A DNA stretch of 64,000 bases. It comes from Ignavibacteriota bacterium (GTDB lineage Bacteria; Bacteroidota; Ignavibacteria; SZUA-365). Below, in pieces: positions 1 through 8,404 of this stretch. Where the stretch lies: positions 72,908-136,907 of the forward strand of contig JACRFB010000031.1 in the NCBI GenBank assembly GCA_016218045.1. Direction: 5' to 3'. Position numbers and translations under genes: made by a program. The notes beneath the pieces were generated by a model that did not search any database, was not told the DNA's origin, and saw only the letters and a program-made list of their open reading frames with translations. Each line of letters starts with the position of its first letter. The first letter of the stretch is position 1.

Positions 1-2
1 CG

Positions 3-1988
3 CCCGTGACGATCACGGTCTTTGTGCGACCGCGCCCGTCGATAACGGCATCCGGCCCGACCATCTTCTGCGTCGGCGACAGCGTGCGTCTCGACGCGGG
101 CGGCGGCTACGTCCGTTACACCTGGTCCACCGGCGACACAACGCAAACCGTCACATTAAAGGCATCGGCGGGCGTGACAGTGACCGTCACGGACAACAAC
201 GGCTGCACGGGTACCTCGTCACAGGTCGATGTTGTGGTGAATCCTCGTCCGACCGCGGCGATCACTGCGTCGGGTCCGACCAGCTTTTGTGAGGGCGGCA
301 GCGTGGATCTGGACGCGGGCGCGGGTTTTGTCTCGTACGCGTGGAGCAGTGGCGAAACCGTGCAGCGTATCACCGTGACGCGCAGCGGCAGCTATAGTGT
401 GCGCGTGCGCAATGTATCAGGATGTGACGATTCGACCTCGGTGTTCGTGCGTGTGTTTCCGCTTCCGGCTCCGGTGATCACGGCGCTCGGCCCCACCACG
501 TTCTGCGACGGCGACAGCGTCGTGCTCGATGCGGGTGCGGGATTCAGATCGTATCTCTGGTCCGGCGGCGATCGCACGCGGAGCATTGTCGTGAAACGCG
601 GCGGCACATACGCGGTGACTGTCACCGATTCGAACACATGCACCGCGACCTCCGCGGGCGTCACTGTCGTTGTGAATCCGCTTCCTACCCCCGCGGTGAC
701 GGTGACGGGCGACACGGTATTCTGCGAGGGCGGCAGCGTGCAGCTCGATGCCGGAGCCGGCTACGTCCTCTACAAGTGGTCTTCCGGCGAATCCAGCCGG
801 AGCATCACCGTGACACGCAGCGGCTCGTACAGCGTGTTGGTGGGTCTTGCCACGGGATGTTCGGCCGTGTCGCGCGTAGTGACGGTGACGGTGTTTCCGA
901 ATCCGCGTCCGGTGATCACCGCAAACGGACCGCTCGTGTTCTGTGACGGCGACAGCGTCACGCTCTCGGGACCTCCGGGATTCGTACGATACGCATGGTC
1001 GGGCGGCGAAAGCACCCGGTCGATCGTCGTCAAGCGCAGCGGCAGTTACGCGCTCACGGTCACCGATACAAACGGATGCATCGGCAGCGCTACCACGGTG
1101 GACGTGGTGGTGAATCCGTTGCCCGCCGAGCCTCTCATTACACAGGATCGCGACACCCTCTTTTCGACACCCGAGGTCGGGTATCAGTGGCTGCTCAACG
1201 GTGTGCCGCTGCCGGGCGAGACAGGACGTTTCCTGCTCATCCCGCGTTCCGGAACCTACACGGTTCGTGTGACCAACCAGTTCGGCTGTTCGGCGCTCTC
1301 GGCGCCGCGGCCGGTGCGGATCGCGCTGGCGACGGTGACCGTGCCCGTCTTGCGGGCCGCTCCGGGCGAGCGTGTGTCCGTGCCCGTGACGCTGACGTTT
1401 TCGGAGGATCTTCTCACCGCGGGAGCAGGATCGTTCACAGCCCGCCTCAGGTTCAACAACGAAATTCTCGAGCCCGTCGCGGGCAGCGCGGTGTTTTCGC
1501 AGCAGGGAACGGATCGCATCGTCGACATTTCCGGACCGCTTCGTGACACGATAGGTGTGCTCGCAACCTTCGAATGTACGGCCATGCTCGGCCGTGTCGA
1601 CAGGGTCCCCATCACGCTCGAGCGCTTCAATTGGGACGCCGGTGCGGTGCGCACGACCATGGTTTCAGGCGAGTTCCAGATCATCGCCTGTCTCGAGGGT
1701 GGTGTGCGTCTTTTCGACGGCAGTGTGCCTGCGACTCTGGCGCAGAACCGGCCTAATCCTTTTAACGCGACAACCACGATCGACTATGCCGTCGTGGAGG
1801 CGGGACCCGTGCGCCTCGAGGTGATCGACATGCTCGGCCGATGTGTCGCGATACTTGAGGACGGACACAAACAACCGGGCGCCTACCGCGTTGTCTTCGA
1901 CGCGGGTGCGTTGCCGTCCGGACTGTATCACGCCGTGCTGCAGACGCCGTCCATGACGCTGCTGCGCGCCATGTCCCTCGTCAAGTAA
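3..1988 (+). CDS. Large secreted Ig/PKD-like repeat protein with cohesin-like domain and T9SS type A C-terminal sorting domain (5'-partial)
   Basis: Frame is open from the window edge. It has five ~73-aa repeats (PxIxAxGPTxFCxGDSVxLDAG...YxWSxG...GxYxVTVTDxNGC), then a beta-sandwich (AAPGERVSVPVTL...LRFNNEIL) and a CTD (QNRPNPFNATTTIDY...DMLGR...LPSGLY...MSLVK). Confidence 0.85.
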   Translation, partial: PVTITVFVRPRPSITASGPTIFCVGDSVRLDAGGGYVRYTWSTGDTTQTVTLKASAGVTVTVTDNNGCTGTSSQVDVVVNPRPTAAITASGPTSFCEGGSVDLDAGAGFVSYAWSSGETVQRITVTRSGSYSVRVRNVSGCDDSTSVFVRVFPLPAPVITALGPTTFCDGDSVVLDAGAGFRSYLWSGGDRTRSIVVKRGGTYAVTVTDSNTCTATSAGVTVVVNPLPTPAVTVTGDTVFCEGGSVQLDAGAGYVLYKWSSGESSRSITVTRSGSYSVLVGLATGCSAVSRVVTVTVFPNPRPVITANGPLVFCDGDSVTLSGPPGFVRYAWSGGESTRSIVVKRSGSYALTVTDTNGCIGSATTVDVVVNPLPAEPLITQDRDTLFSTPEVGYQWLLNGVPLPGETGRFLLIPRSGTYTVRVTNQFGCSALSAPRPVRIALATVTVPVLRAAPGERVSVPVTLTFSEDLLTAGAGSFTARLRFNNEILEPVAGSAVFSQQGTDRIVDISGPLRDTIGVLATFECTAMLGRVDRVPITLERFNWDAGAVRTTMVSGEFQIIACLEGGVRLFDGSVPATLAQNRPNPFNATTTIDYAVVEAGPVRLEVIDMLGRCVAILEDGHKQPGAYRVVFDAGALPSGLYHAVLQTPSMTLLRAMSLVK

Positions 1989-2004
1989 CACGGGAGACGG
2001 CGCG

Positions 2005-5000
2005 ATGCACCCCATCGCGTGCAGACCGCGGGCAGCGCCTGCGACAATCCGACGCGGGCATGCGGGACGGACTATCACGTGGCTCGTTCTCCGCATGGTC
2101 TGTGCCGCCTGCTGCCTCGTCACGGCGCGAGCGGCGCCGGATATACACACGGGACCACTGGAACCGGGACGTTACCATGGTGTACTCGCCGCCCCCGTTT
2201 TTGTCGAGACGCCGGGAACTGTGCGCGACAGCCGCGGCACGGCACGGCACGATATCCGCTATGTGCTGCGCGCGAAGGGACTGGATGTGTTTTTCCGCGA
2301 CGACGGGATCAGTTATGTGTTCCGGCGGAATCACGGGACGGTACTCCCAGGCGTGAGTGATGCCGGCCGGGGACGTGAAGACCTGGTCTCGTATTATCGG
2401 ATTGATCTGTCCTTTATTGGCGCATCGCGGCACGCACGGCTCGAGCCGTCGGACGCGGAGACCTCTGCAGTGCACCGGTATTCGGTCGCGGGCCCGTCCC
2501 GGATCGTACACGCATACGGGCGTTTGACGTATCACGATGTATATCCAGGCATCGATCTCGTGTTCACGGCGCGCGACGAGGGTGTCAAATACGATCTTGT
2601 TGCCAGGCCTGGCGCCGATACGCGCGCGGTGCGATTCGGCTACGACGGCCTTGACAGCGTGCGGCTGCGCCCCGACGGTGCGCTGGAACTGCGGTCGCCT
2701 CTGGGCACTATCGTGGAAGAAGCGCCCGTTGCCTGGACGACGGCCGTGGATGCGCCCGATCCTCGCTGTGCCGCGGGCGAACACGTCGCAGCGTATTATG
2801 TTGTCGAAGGCAACACCGTCTCGTTCGCACCCGCCGCGTATGATTCGTCCCACGTGCTCGTGATCGATCCGGGCATTGTGTGGTCTACGTTTTACGGCGG
2901 CAGCGGGGAAGACTGGGCGTACGGCGTGGCGATCGATGCGCAGCAGAATATTTTTGTGACCGGCCGCACCGCGAGCATCGACTTTCCCGTGGCGGCGGGG
3001 TATCAGCCCGCTTCAGCGGGAAACTTCGACGCGTTTCTCGTCAAGCTCGACGGCGCCGGTCAGCGGATCTGGGCCACGTATTTCGGAGGCAGCGACCTCG
3101 ACTACGCCTACGATGTGGCCGTGGATGCCGCGGGACGTCCGAGCATCGTCGGCTGGACGCGCAGCGACGATCTGCCTGTCGCCTCCGCGGCGCAGCCTGC
3201 GCGCGGCGGCGATTTCGACGCCTTCACGGCCTCCTTCACCCCAGAAGGTGCCCTGCGCTGGAGCACCTACTCGGGCGGTACGCTCGAGGAGCGCGGGCTC
3301 TCGATCGCCTGCGATGCGGGACACAATGTCGTTATCGCCGGCTCGACGTTCAGCAGCGACTTCCCCGTGCTCAACGCGCAACAGCCGAACAATGCAGGAT
3401 TTTCGGATGCTTTTCTCGTAAAATATGACACGCTCGGCACGCGGCGCTGGGCGCGCTACCTCGGCGGTTCAGCCGCGGAGGAGGCCTGGGGCGTTGCCGC
3501 CTCGCAGGCGGGTATCGCAGTGGCCGGACGTACCGCAAGCACGGATTTCCCCGCTGCCTCGGCGCAGCAGGCGCTGTTCGGCGGAGCTTCCGATGCTTTT
3601 ATCGCGGTGCTGGATACTGCAGGCGCGCGGCTGTGGGCGACATATCAGGGTGGTGATGAAGAGGATGCCGCGCAGGCGGTTGCCATTGATGCTGCGGGCC
3701 GCGTGCTCGTGGCGGGCACAACGGAGAGTGACAACTTTCCCGTGTTGAACGCGCTGCAGTCCGACCGTGCGCTGCTCGGTGACGCCTTTGTCGCAGTGTA
3801 TTCCAACGGTGGTGCTCTGCAGTGGTCCACATTCTACGGGGGCAACAGCAGCGACATTGCCATCGCCGCCGCGTTCGACGCGGCGGGCAACGCGCTTGTC
3901 GCGGGCAGCACAGGCAGCACCACGCTGCCCGTGCGTAATGCGCCTATGCTCAAACACCCGGGCGACGAGGCCTTTGTCGCGCGTTTCTCGTCTGCCGGCG
4001 TGCTCCAATTTGCGTCGTATGTCGGCGGCCAGGCGAATGAAGGTGCCGCAGGTGTGGCGGCCGCAGGCGCCGCGGCGGTGCTCTGCGGCACAACCAACAG
4101 CACCGATTTCCCGACGCTGAATCCCCAGCAGGCCGCGCATCAGGGCGGTCCGTGGGATGCCTTCGTCCTGAAGATCGAGGAATGCACGGTGCCCGCAACT
4201 GTGACCGCGCTCGGACCGACTCGGTTCTGTCCGGGATCCTCCGTTGTTCTCGAGGCGAATGACGGGGCGGGGCTCACATATGAATGGTACAACGAAAACG
4301 GAAAAATTTCCGGCGCAACCGACCGGCAGTGCACGGTCTCGGACTCGGGTTGGTATTCCGTGCTCGTCAAGAATGCCACGGGGTGTTATTCCTCGTCACC
4401 TCCTGTGCGCGTCTCGCTCTCGACACTCGAAACACGGACCCGCCCCGACACGATCATCTGCCGCGGTGGCAGTGTTCCGCTGTGGGTCGCACCCGTGGGA
4501 GGCATCGCACCCTTTACCTACCGCTGGTCGCCGGCGGCGACTCTGACGGTGACCGACGCGGCGCAGACGCGCGCCACGCCCGACACCACCACCCGCTACA
4601 CCGTCGTGGTGACGGATTCCATCGGTTGTGCGGACACGGCGCAGATTTCCATCGTGGTGCGGCACGCGGAAGTGGATGCGGGAGCGTCGGTGTTTGTTTG
4701 TCGCGGCATCGGGGCGCGCCTCTCGGCGGCCGTGCTGGAAGGAATTCCGCCCATCAGGTACCGCTGGCTTCCGTCGGATGGCCTCGACCTCAGCGACGGT
4801 CCGAATCCCACGGCGGCTCCCGATTCGACAACGACGTACACCGTCACCATCACAGACGCCCTCGGCTGTGTTGCCGTCGACACTGTGACGGTGCGTGTCA
4901 GCACCCTTCGCGCGGAAGCGCGCGGCGGCGGCACGATATGCCCGGGCGCGGGCACCGGTCTCACGGCCTTTGCCGATGGAGGGACGCCGCCCTACACCTA

Positions 5001-8000
5001 TCAGTGGTCGCCCGACGCCGGACTGTCGAACGCAACCGTCGCAACACCGGTCGCCAGACCCACGGTCACCACACTCTACACAGTCACCGTGCGTGATGCG
5101 GTCGGATGTGTGCGGACGTCACCGGTAACGGTGTTTGTACTTCCCGCCGCCAGTGTGAGCATACGCGGCAGCGGCCGCCGTGTGATCTGCGAGGGCGACA
5201 GTCTTGTGCTGACCGCATCGGAACTATACCCGTATTACCGCTGGTCCACCGGCGCACAGTCCCGCTCGATCACCGTGCGCGCGGGCGGAATGTACTCGCT
5301 GCTGGTCCGCGACGCCCAGGGCTGCGAGGCGCGTGACTCGGTCGAAATCACACAGTATCCGCTGCCCGTTCCGGTCATCACGGCACTGCGCCCGCTGATC
5401 ATCTGCCCCGGCGACAGCACGGTGCTCGATGCGGGCGCGGGATATACATCGGTGCGCTGGAGTACCGGCGACACCACACGCCGGCTTGTTGTCAAACGCG
5501 CGGGGCTCTACGATGTGACGGTGTACAACGACGGCGGCTGCGCCGGAATCGCACGGCCCGTCGCGGTGTCGGTGCACGCCGTCCGCGCCGCGTCGTTCGA
5601 AGGTCCTGCCAGCGCGTGTCCGTTCAGCTTTTCCCGATATACTGCTCCTCTGTATCCGAAACACAGCTATCGCTGGACCGTCACGGGAGGCACGCCTTTT
5701 TCGGGCGCTGCAACCGACACGCTGCTCGTGCGCTGGGGCGCTCCCGGAACGGCGCGCGTGGTCCTGACGATTATCGACGATTCCACTGGTTGTGTCAGCA
5801 CCGCTGCTGCGGACGTGGCGGTCGCTCCGATTCTGCGTCCGGGCGTCGTTCCTTCGGGCGATATCACGCTCTGCGAGAACGACAGCGTCACACTCGACGC
5901 GGGTGCGGGCTATGCCACCTATGAATGGCTGTTGCCTGGAGGCGGAACTGTCGCTGCACGTACGCTGACGGTGGCCGCGCCGGGCAGGTACATACTGCAT
6001 GTATCGGATGCGGGGGGGTGCGAAGGCCGCGACACCGTGCGCCTGATTCTGCGCGCGCGCCCCGCGCCGGTGGTGCGGGCCGATCCGGGTCCCTTCTTCT
6101 GCGAAGGCGACAGCGTGTCCCTGACTGTGCAAGGCGCGTATGTGTCGTACCGCTGGTCCACGGGCGATACGAGCGCGGCGATTGTGCTGCGGACCGGTGG
6201 CCTCTACTCTGTGACGGTGGTGGACAGCGCCGGCTGTGCTGGCAGCTCTGAACCGCTGCCGATACGCGCCGCTGATCCGCCTGCCGTATCGGCCACAGGC
6301 CCGTCGGTTCTTTGTTCGGGCGCTGCGGGCCAGTATCGCGCAGTGCTGCCGCGCAGCGTCACCGCTGTGTGGAGTGCCGCCGGTGCGGATTCGGTGAAAA
6401 GGGAAGGGGATTCAATCCGCGTCTTCTGGTCCGTTCCCGGTCAGTACATCGTCTCGCTGCTCGGGCGGGACGACAGCACCGGGTGCGCGTCGACTTTCGA
6501 CCTGCAGGTGAACGTTCTCCCGTCACCGCGGCCGTCTATCACGACCAACGGATCGACCACGCTCTGTGAGGGCGACAGCGTGGTCCTGCAGGCGGATGCT
6601 GTGTACACCGGGTACCGCTGGTCCACAGGCGCGGATACGCCGGGCATCGTTGTGCGGGATCCGGGGGTGTACTCGCTGACAGTGACGGACGATGCGGGTT
6701 GTGAAGGCGCTACACCTCCCGTAACGGTCGATGTTGTGGTGCGGCCGCACCCTGTGATCGAAGGACCGGCGACGGTGTGCCGGGGATCGGTGGCGGTGTA
6801 CGGCGTGTCTGTGCAGCCCGGCGACAGTGTTCTCTGGGAAATTCGTGGCGGAACGCCCCGCACGACGCTGTTGGACACGGCGGTCGCCGTGGAATGGTCC
6901 GCCGCCGGCACGGGCACTGTGCGCGTCACCGTGCGGCGGGGCGCGATGTGGTGTGCAGGATCCACGGTACTCGAGGTCAGCGTGGGTGATTCACTGACGC
7001 CGGTGATCCGTGTCATCGGCACGAGGGACTTCTGTGACGGTGATTCGGTGCTGCTCGACGCCGGGCCCGGTTTTGCGACGTATGAATGGCTTGAAGGTGC
7101 CGCGCTTCTGGGATCGAACCGTTTTCTGACACTGCGGCGCGACGCCGTCGTGCGTGTGCGCGTGCGCGATGCCGCCGGCTGCGGTGGCGAGTCGGCGCCG
7201 GTGACCCTGCGCCGGTTTGCGGCGCCGCGTCCCGTGATCGAGGGACCCCGCGGCTTCTGCGACGGCGATTCAATCTCTCTCGACGCGGGCGTGAACGCCG
7301 TGTCGTACACGTGGCGCGACGCCGCGGGCTCCACAGTGGCAGGCGCGCGCGTCTGTGTCGTCTCGGCTCCCGGCGTCTATACCGTGACGGTGACGGATTC
7401 TAACGGCTGCACGGGTGTGTCGCCGGGTCACGTCGTCCTTCTGCTGCCGGTGCCGCCGAAACCCGTGATCACGCGCAGCGGGGATTCGCTCATCTCGTCC
7501 GTCGCCGCGGGGTATGCCTGGTCCCGTGACGGCGCCGATTTAACCGGAGAAACGGATCGTATTCTCCGAATAACACGGAACGGCCGCTACGTGGTCACGG
7601 TGTCGAATGCCGACGGCTGCACGGCGCGGTCCGATCCGTTCGACGTGCAGGACGGGGTCCGTGCCACTGCGGCGCTGAGTCTTCCCGGCATTGTTGCGCG
7701 GCCGGGCGATCTGGTGCGCCTGCCCCTCGATCTTGTGTCGTCGAGCGGCCTGCAAGCCGCAGGTGCGACGCGGCTGCGCGGCATCCTGCGTTTCGACGCG
7801 TCCGTGCTCGCGCCCGCGGGAGGCACACCCGAAGGGATTGTCGTGGGACGCGAACGGCGCGTCCCGGTGGATGCGGCGCTCGCATCGGATCGGGGCATCG
7901 TGGCCGAATACCTGTTTGTGGCCACGCTGGGCGACCGCGACTCGTCGCTGCTTGTGCTCGACTCGTTGTCCTTCGCAGGCGCCGCGGTTGATGCGCGTCT

Positions 8001-8328
8001 CGATACGGGCATGATCCGCATCACCATCTGCCGCGAAGGCGGCGCACGCCTCTTCGACGGCGCTGCGACGCTGTCCCTGCGGCAGGTGGGGCCGAATCCC
8101 TTCAACGCCAGCACGGTGATCGAGGTCGATATCATCGAGGCGGGCCGCAGCCGTCTCACTGTGCACGACGCGCTTGGCCGCGAGATGGTTGTGCTCGCCG
8201 ACGCGGAACTGCCGCGCGGCACCCACCGTTTTGTTCTCGACGCGGGGGCCTTGCCTTCGGGCCTATATTTCTGCGTGCTCCTCACACCGGCAACAGCCGT
8301 GTACCTTCCGCTTATGCTCGCCAAATAA
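2005..8328 (+). CDS. 2107-aa T9SS cargo: SBBP-associated N-domain, SBBP beta-propeller repeats, Ig/PKD-like stalk, cohesin-like domain, CTD
   Basis: N-domain motifs YHDVYPGIDLVF/KYDLVARPGAD. Repeated WSTFYGGSGED...GRTASxDFP...DAFLVK blades, then many Cys-pair Ig repeats and a C-terminal PNPFNAST...DALGRE...LPSGLYF. The exact start is uncertain. Confidence 0.85.
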   Translation: MHPIACRPRAAPATIRRGHAGRTITWLVLRMVCAACCLVTARAAPDIHTGPLEPGRYHGVLAAPVFVETPGTVRDSRGTARHDIRYVLRAKGLDVFFRDDGISYVFRRNHGTVLPGVSDAGRGREDLVSYYRIDLSFIGASRHARLEPSDAETSAVHRYSVAGPSRIVHAYGRLTYHDVYPGIDLVFTARDEGVKYDLVARPGADTRAVRFGYDGLDSVRLRPDGALELRSPLGTIVEEAPVAWTTAVDAPDPRCAAGEHVAAYYVVEGNTVSFAPAAYDSSHVLVIDPGIVWSTFYGGSGEDWAYGVAIDAQQNIFVTGRTASIDFPVAAGYQPASAGNFDAFLVKLDGAGQRIWATYFGGSDLDYAYDVAVDAAGRPSIVGWTRSDDLPVASAAQPARGGDFDAFTASFTPEGALRWSTYSGGTLEERGLSIACDAGHNVVIAGSTFSSDFPVLNAQQPNNAGFSDAFLVKYDTLGTRRWARYLGGSAAEEAWGVAASQAGIAVAGRTASTDFPAASAQQALFGGASDAFIAVLDTAGARLWATYQGGDEEDAAQAVAIDAAGRVLVAGTTESDNFPVLNALQSDRALLGDAFVAVYSNGGALQWSTFYGGNSSDIAIAAAFDAAGNALVAGSTGSTTLPVRNAPMLKHPGDEAFVARFSSAGVLQFASYVGGQANEGAAGVAAAGAAAVLCGTTNSTDFPTLNPQQAAHQGGPWDAFVLKIEECTVPATVTALGPTRFCPGSSVVLEANDGAGLTYEWYNENGKISGATDRQCTVSDSGWYSVLVKNATGCYSSSPPVRVSLSTLETRTRPDTIICRGGSVPLWVAPVGGIAPFTYRWSPAATLTVTDAAQTRATPDTTTRYTVVVTDSIGCADTAQISIVVRHAEVDAGASVFVCRGIGARLSAAVLEGIPPIRYRWLPSDGLDLSDGPNPTAAPDSTTTYTVTITDALGCVAVDTVTVRVSTLRAEARGGGTICPGAGTGLTAFADGGTPPYTYQWSPDAGLSNATVATPVARPTVTTLYTVTVRDAVGCVRTSPVTVFVLPAASVSIRGSGRRVICEGDSLVLTASELYPYYRWSTGAQSRSITVRAGGMYSLLVRDAQGCEARDSVEITQYPLPVPVITALRPLIICPGDSTVLDAGAGYTSVRWSTGDTTRRLVVKRAGLYDVTVYNDGGCAGIARPVAVSVHAVRAASFEGPASACPFSFSRYTAPLYPKHSYRWTVTGGTPFSGAATDTLLVRWGAPGTARVVLTIIDDSTGCVSTAAADVAVAPILRPGVVPSGDITLCENDSVTLDAGAGYATYEWLLPGGGTVAARTLTVAAPGRYILHVSDAGGCEGRDTVRLILRARPAPVVRADPGPFFCEGDSVSLTVQGAYVSYRWSTGDTSAAIVLRTGGLYSVTVVDSAGCAGSSEPLPIRAADPPAVSATGPSVLCSGAAGQYRAVLPRSVTAVWSAAGADSVKREGDSIRVFWSVPGQYIVSLLGRDDSTGCASTFDLQVNVLPSPRPSITTNGSTTLCEGDSVVLQADAVYTGYRWSTGADTPGIVVRDPGVYSLTVTDDAGCEGATPPVTVDVVVRPHPVIEGPATVCRGSVAVYGVSVQPGDSVLWEIRGGTPRTTLLDTAVAVEWSAAGTGTVRVTVRRGAMWCAGSTVLEVSVGDSLTPVIRVIGTRDFCDGDSVLLDAGPGFATYEWLEGAALLGSNRFLTLRRDAVVRVRVRDAAGCGGESAPVTLRRFAAPRPVIEGPRGFCDGDSISLDAGVNAVSYTWRDAAGSTVAGARVCVVSAPGVYTVTVTDSNGCTGVSPGHVVLLLPVPPKPVITRSGDSLISSVAAGYAWSRDGADLTGETDRILRITRNGRYVVTVSNADGCTARSDPFDVQDGVRATAALSLPGIVARPGDLVRLPLDLVSSSGLQAAGATRLRGILRFDASVLAPAGGTPEGIVVGRERRVPVDAALASDRGIVAEYLFVATLGDRDSSLLVLDSLSFAGAAVDARLDTGMIRITICREGGARLFDGAATLSLRQVGPNPFNASTVIEVDIIEAGRSRLTVHDALGREMVVLADAELPRGTHRFVLDAGALPSGLYFCVLLTPATAVYLPLMLAK

Positions 8329-8404
8329 CGTCCTTGCAGTCGCGCGGACGCTAGCTCCCGGCTCTCCAATTTTTGTATATTACGCGATCCAACCCGAGGA
8401 CCCG

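Noticed and set aside
3..8328. Diversity-generating retroelement among the repeats
   Set aside because: No reverse transcriptase, and the repeats diverge at all bases rather than specifically at adenines.
8174..8404. Upstream-extended starts in the ORF track (also 11844, 14749, 17584, 27392, 32069, 44240, 46109, 48410, 53367, 54755)
   Set aside because: They overlap neighbouring genes or promoters; downstream starts match family N-termini, SD motifs or stop/start overlaps.
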